A stretch of DNA of 62,383 bases, filler included, from Globobulimina sp. (Eukaryota): assembly GCA_003354225.1 (NCBI GenBank). It is 23 parts of 23 records of this genome, joined end to end, with 100 filler letters (N's around TTAATTAATTAA, not from the genome) between each part and the next. Parts side by side here need not be neighbours in the genome. Positions count along the whole stretch, not along the records: positions 59,770 to 62,383 come from PIVH01005714.1; 22 more parts are not named here. One strand, written 5' to 3'. The notes below the pieces were generated by a model. It searched no databases, was not told where the DNA came from, and saw nothing but the letters and a program-made list of their open reading frames with translations. Positions 61,810 to 62,383 of the stretch are shown piece by piece. Position 1 is the first letter of the stretch. The number at the start of each line of letters is the position of its first letter. Position numbers and translations under genes: made by a program.

Positions 61810-62383
61810 AATATTTATGGCATTGTATATGTAATGATCTGTTTATATCAAATTAATTAACTAATTGCCTGCTTCTTTTTTCTTTGTTCTTTTTCCTTCT
61901 TCTTCATTTTTTGTGTTTTTAACTCCTTTCTTTTTTTTTTATACTCTGTTCATTGAAAATGAAGTGTAATATAAAATTGATGGATCGAATATTTCAATTT
62001 CTCCATCGTGACATATAACATTCAATTCTTGTACAAACATTTATATAGTCCTTCACAAATGTATTATTGTGCAATATGAGAACAACCCCTTAAGATGCGC
62101 TGCAGGATTTGACTACATAAGTTTAGTAGCCAGCATGTCTGAAGAGTCTAAAGAAGAACAAATGAACGTATCAACCAGTACACGTAAAAGCACATTAATG
62201 TGGGATATATCTTGTAATAGTTCTGCTGTTGATTATTCACGTGATATGACAACAGCAACTCTTAAAACAAATGATTACCTTCTTGAGCACGGGAAAAAGC
62301 CAATAAATTGGGATCTAAACACCTAAATCTGATTTTATTAAGGTGAACTATCGATTTATTCTTTTACTTCTTTCAATATTGAT

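Overview
This window is not one locus. It is 23 unrelated contigs of 2,619-2,614 bp, sorted by decreasing length and joined by artificial 100-bp spacers (44 N + TTAATTAATTAA + 44 N), so gene neighbourhood across spacers means nothing. The DNA is mostly AT-rich eukaryotic nuclear sequence with short (about 55-140 bp) GT-AG introns. The protein families resemble those of a foraminiferan/rhizarian (inference, no search run). Recognisable genes: WRAP73, NSE4, TMEM135, PhoD, PhzF/PBLD, plant-type monodehydroascorbate reductase, flavin amine/L-amino-acid oxidase, V8-like protease, RCC1, MATH, XK-related, MFS, and non-LTR retrotransposon endonuclease and RNase H pieces. One contig is entirely purine/pyrimidine-alternating low-complexity DNA. 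The most notable items are: (1) a PPR-SMR protein; (2) an F-BAR/RhoGAP-like gene with four in-frame stops (TAA, TGA, TAG, TAG) and no frameshift, all explicable as C>T; (3) an intron-containing eukaryotic copy of the bacterial DUF3825 domain; (4) a transmembrane PI3K-like kinase bracketed by 43-bp inverted repeats; (5) a modular Gly/Met, Lys/Ser and Asp/Glu/Tyr protein with RxL motifs; (6) two chimeric junctions carrying DapA and GcvT-family fragments. I saw no rRNA, tRNA or CRISPR array. All family calls come from recognising motifs by eye.
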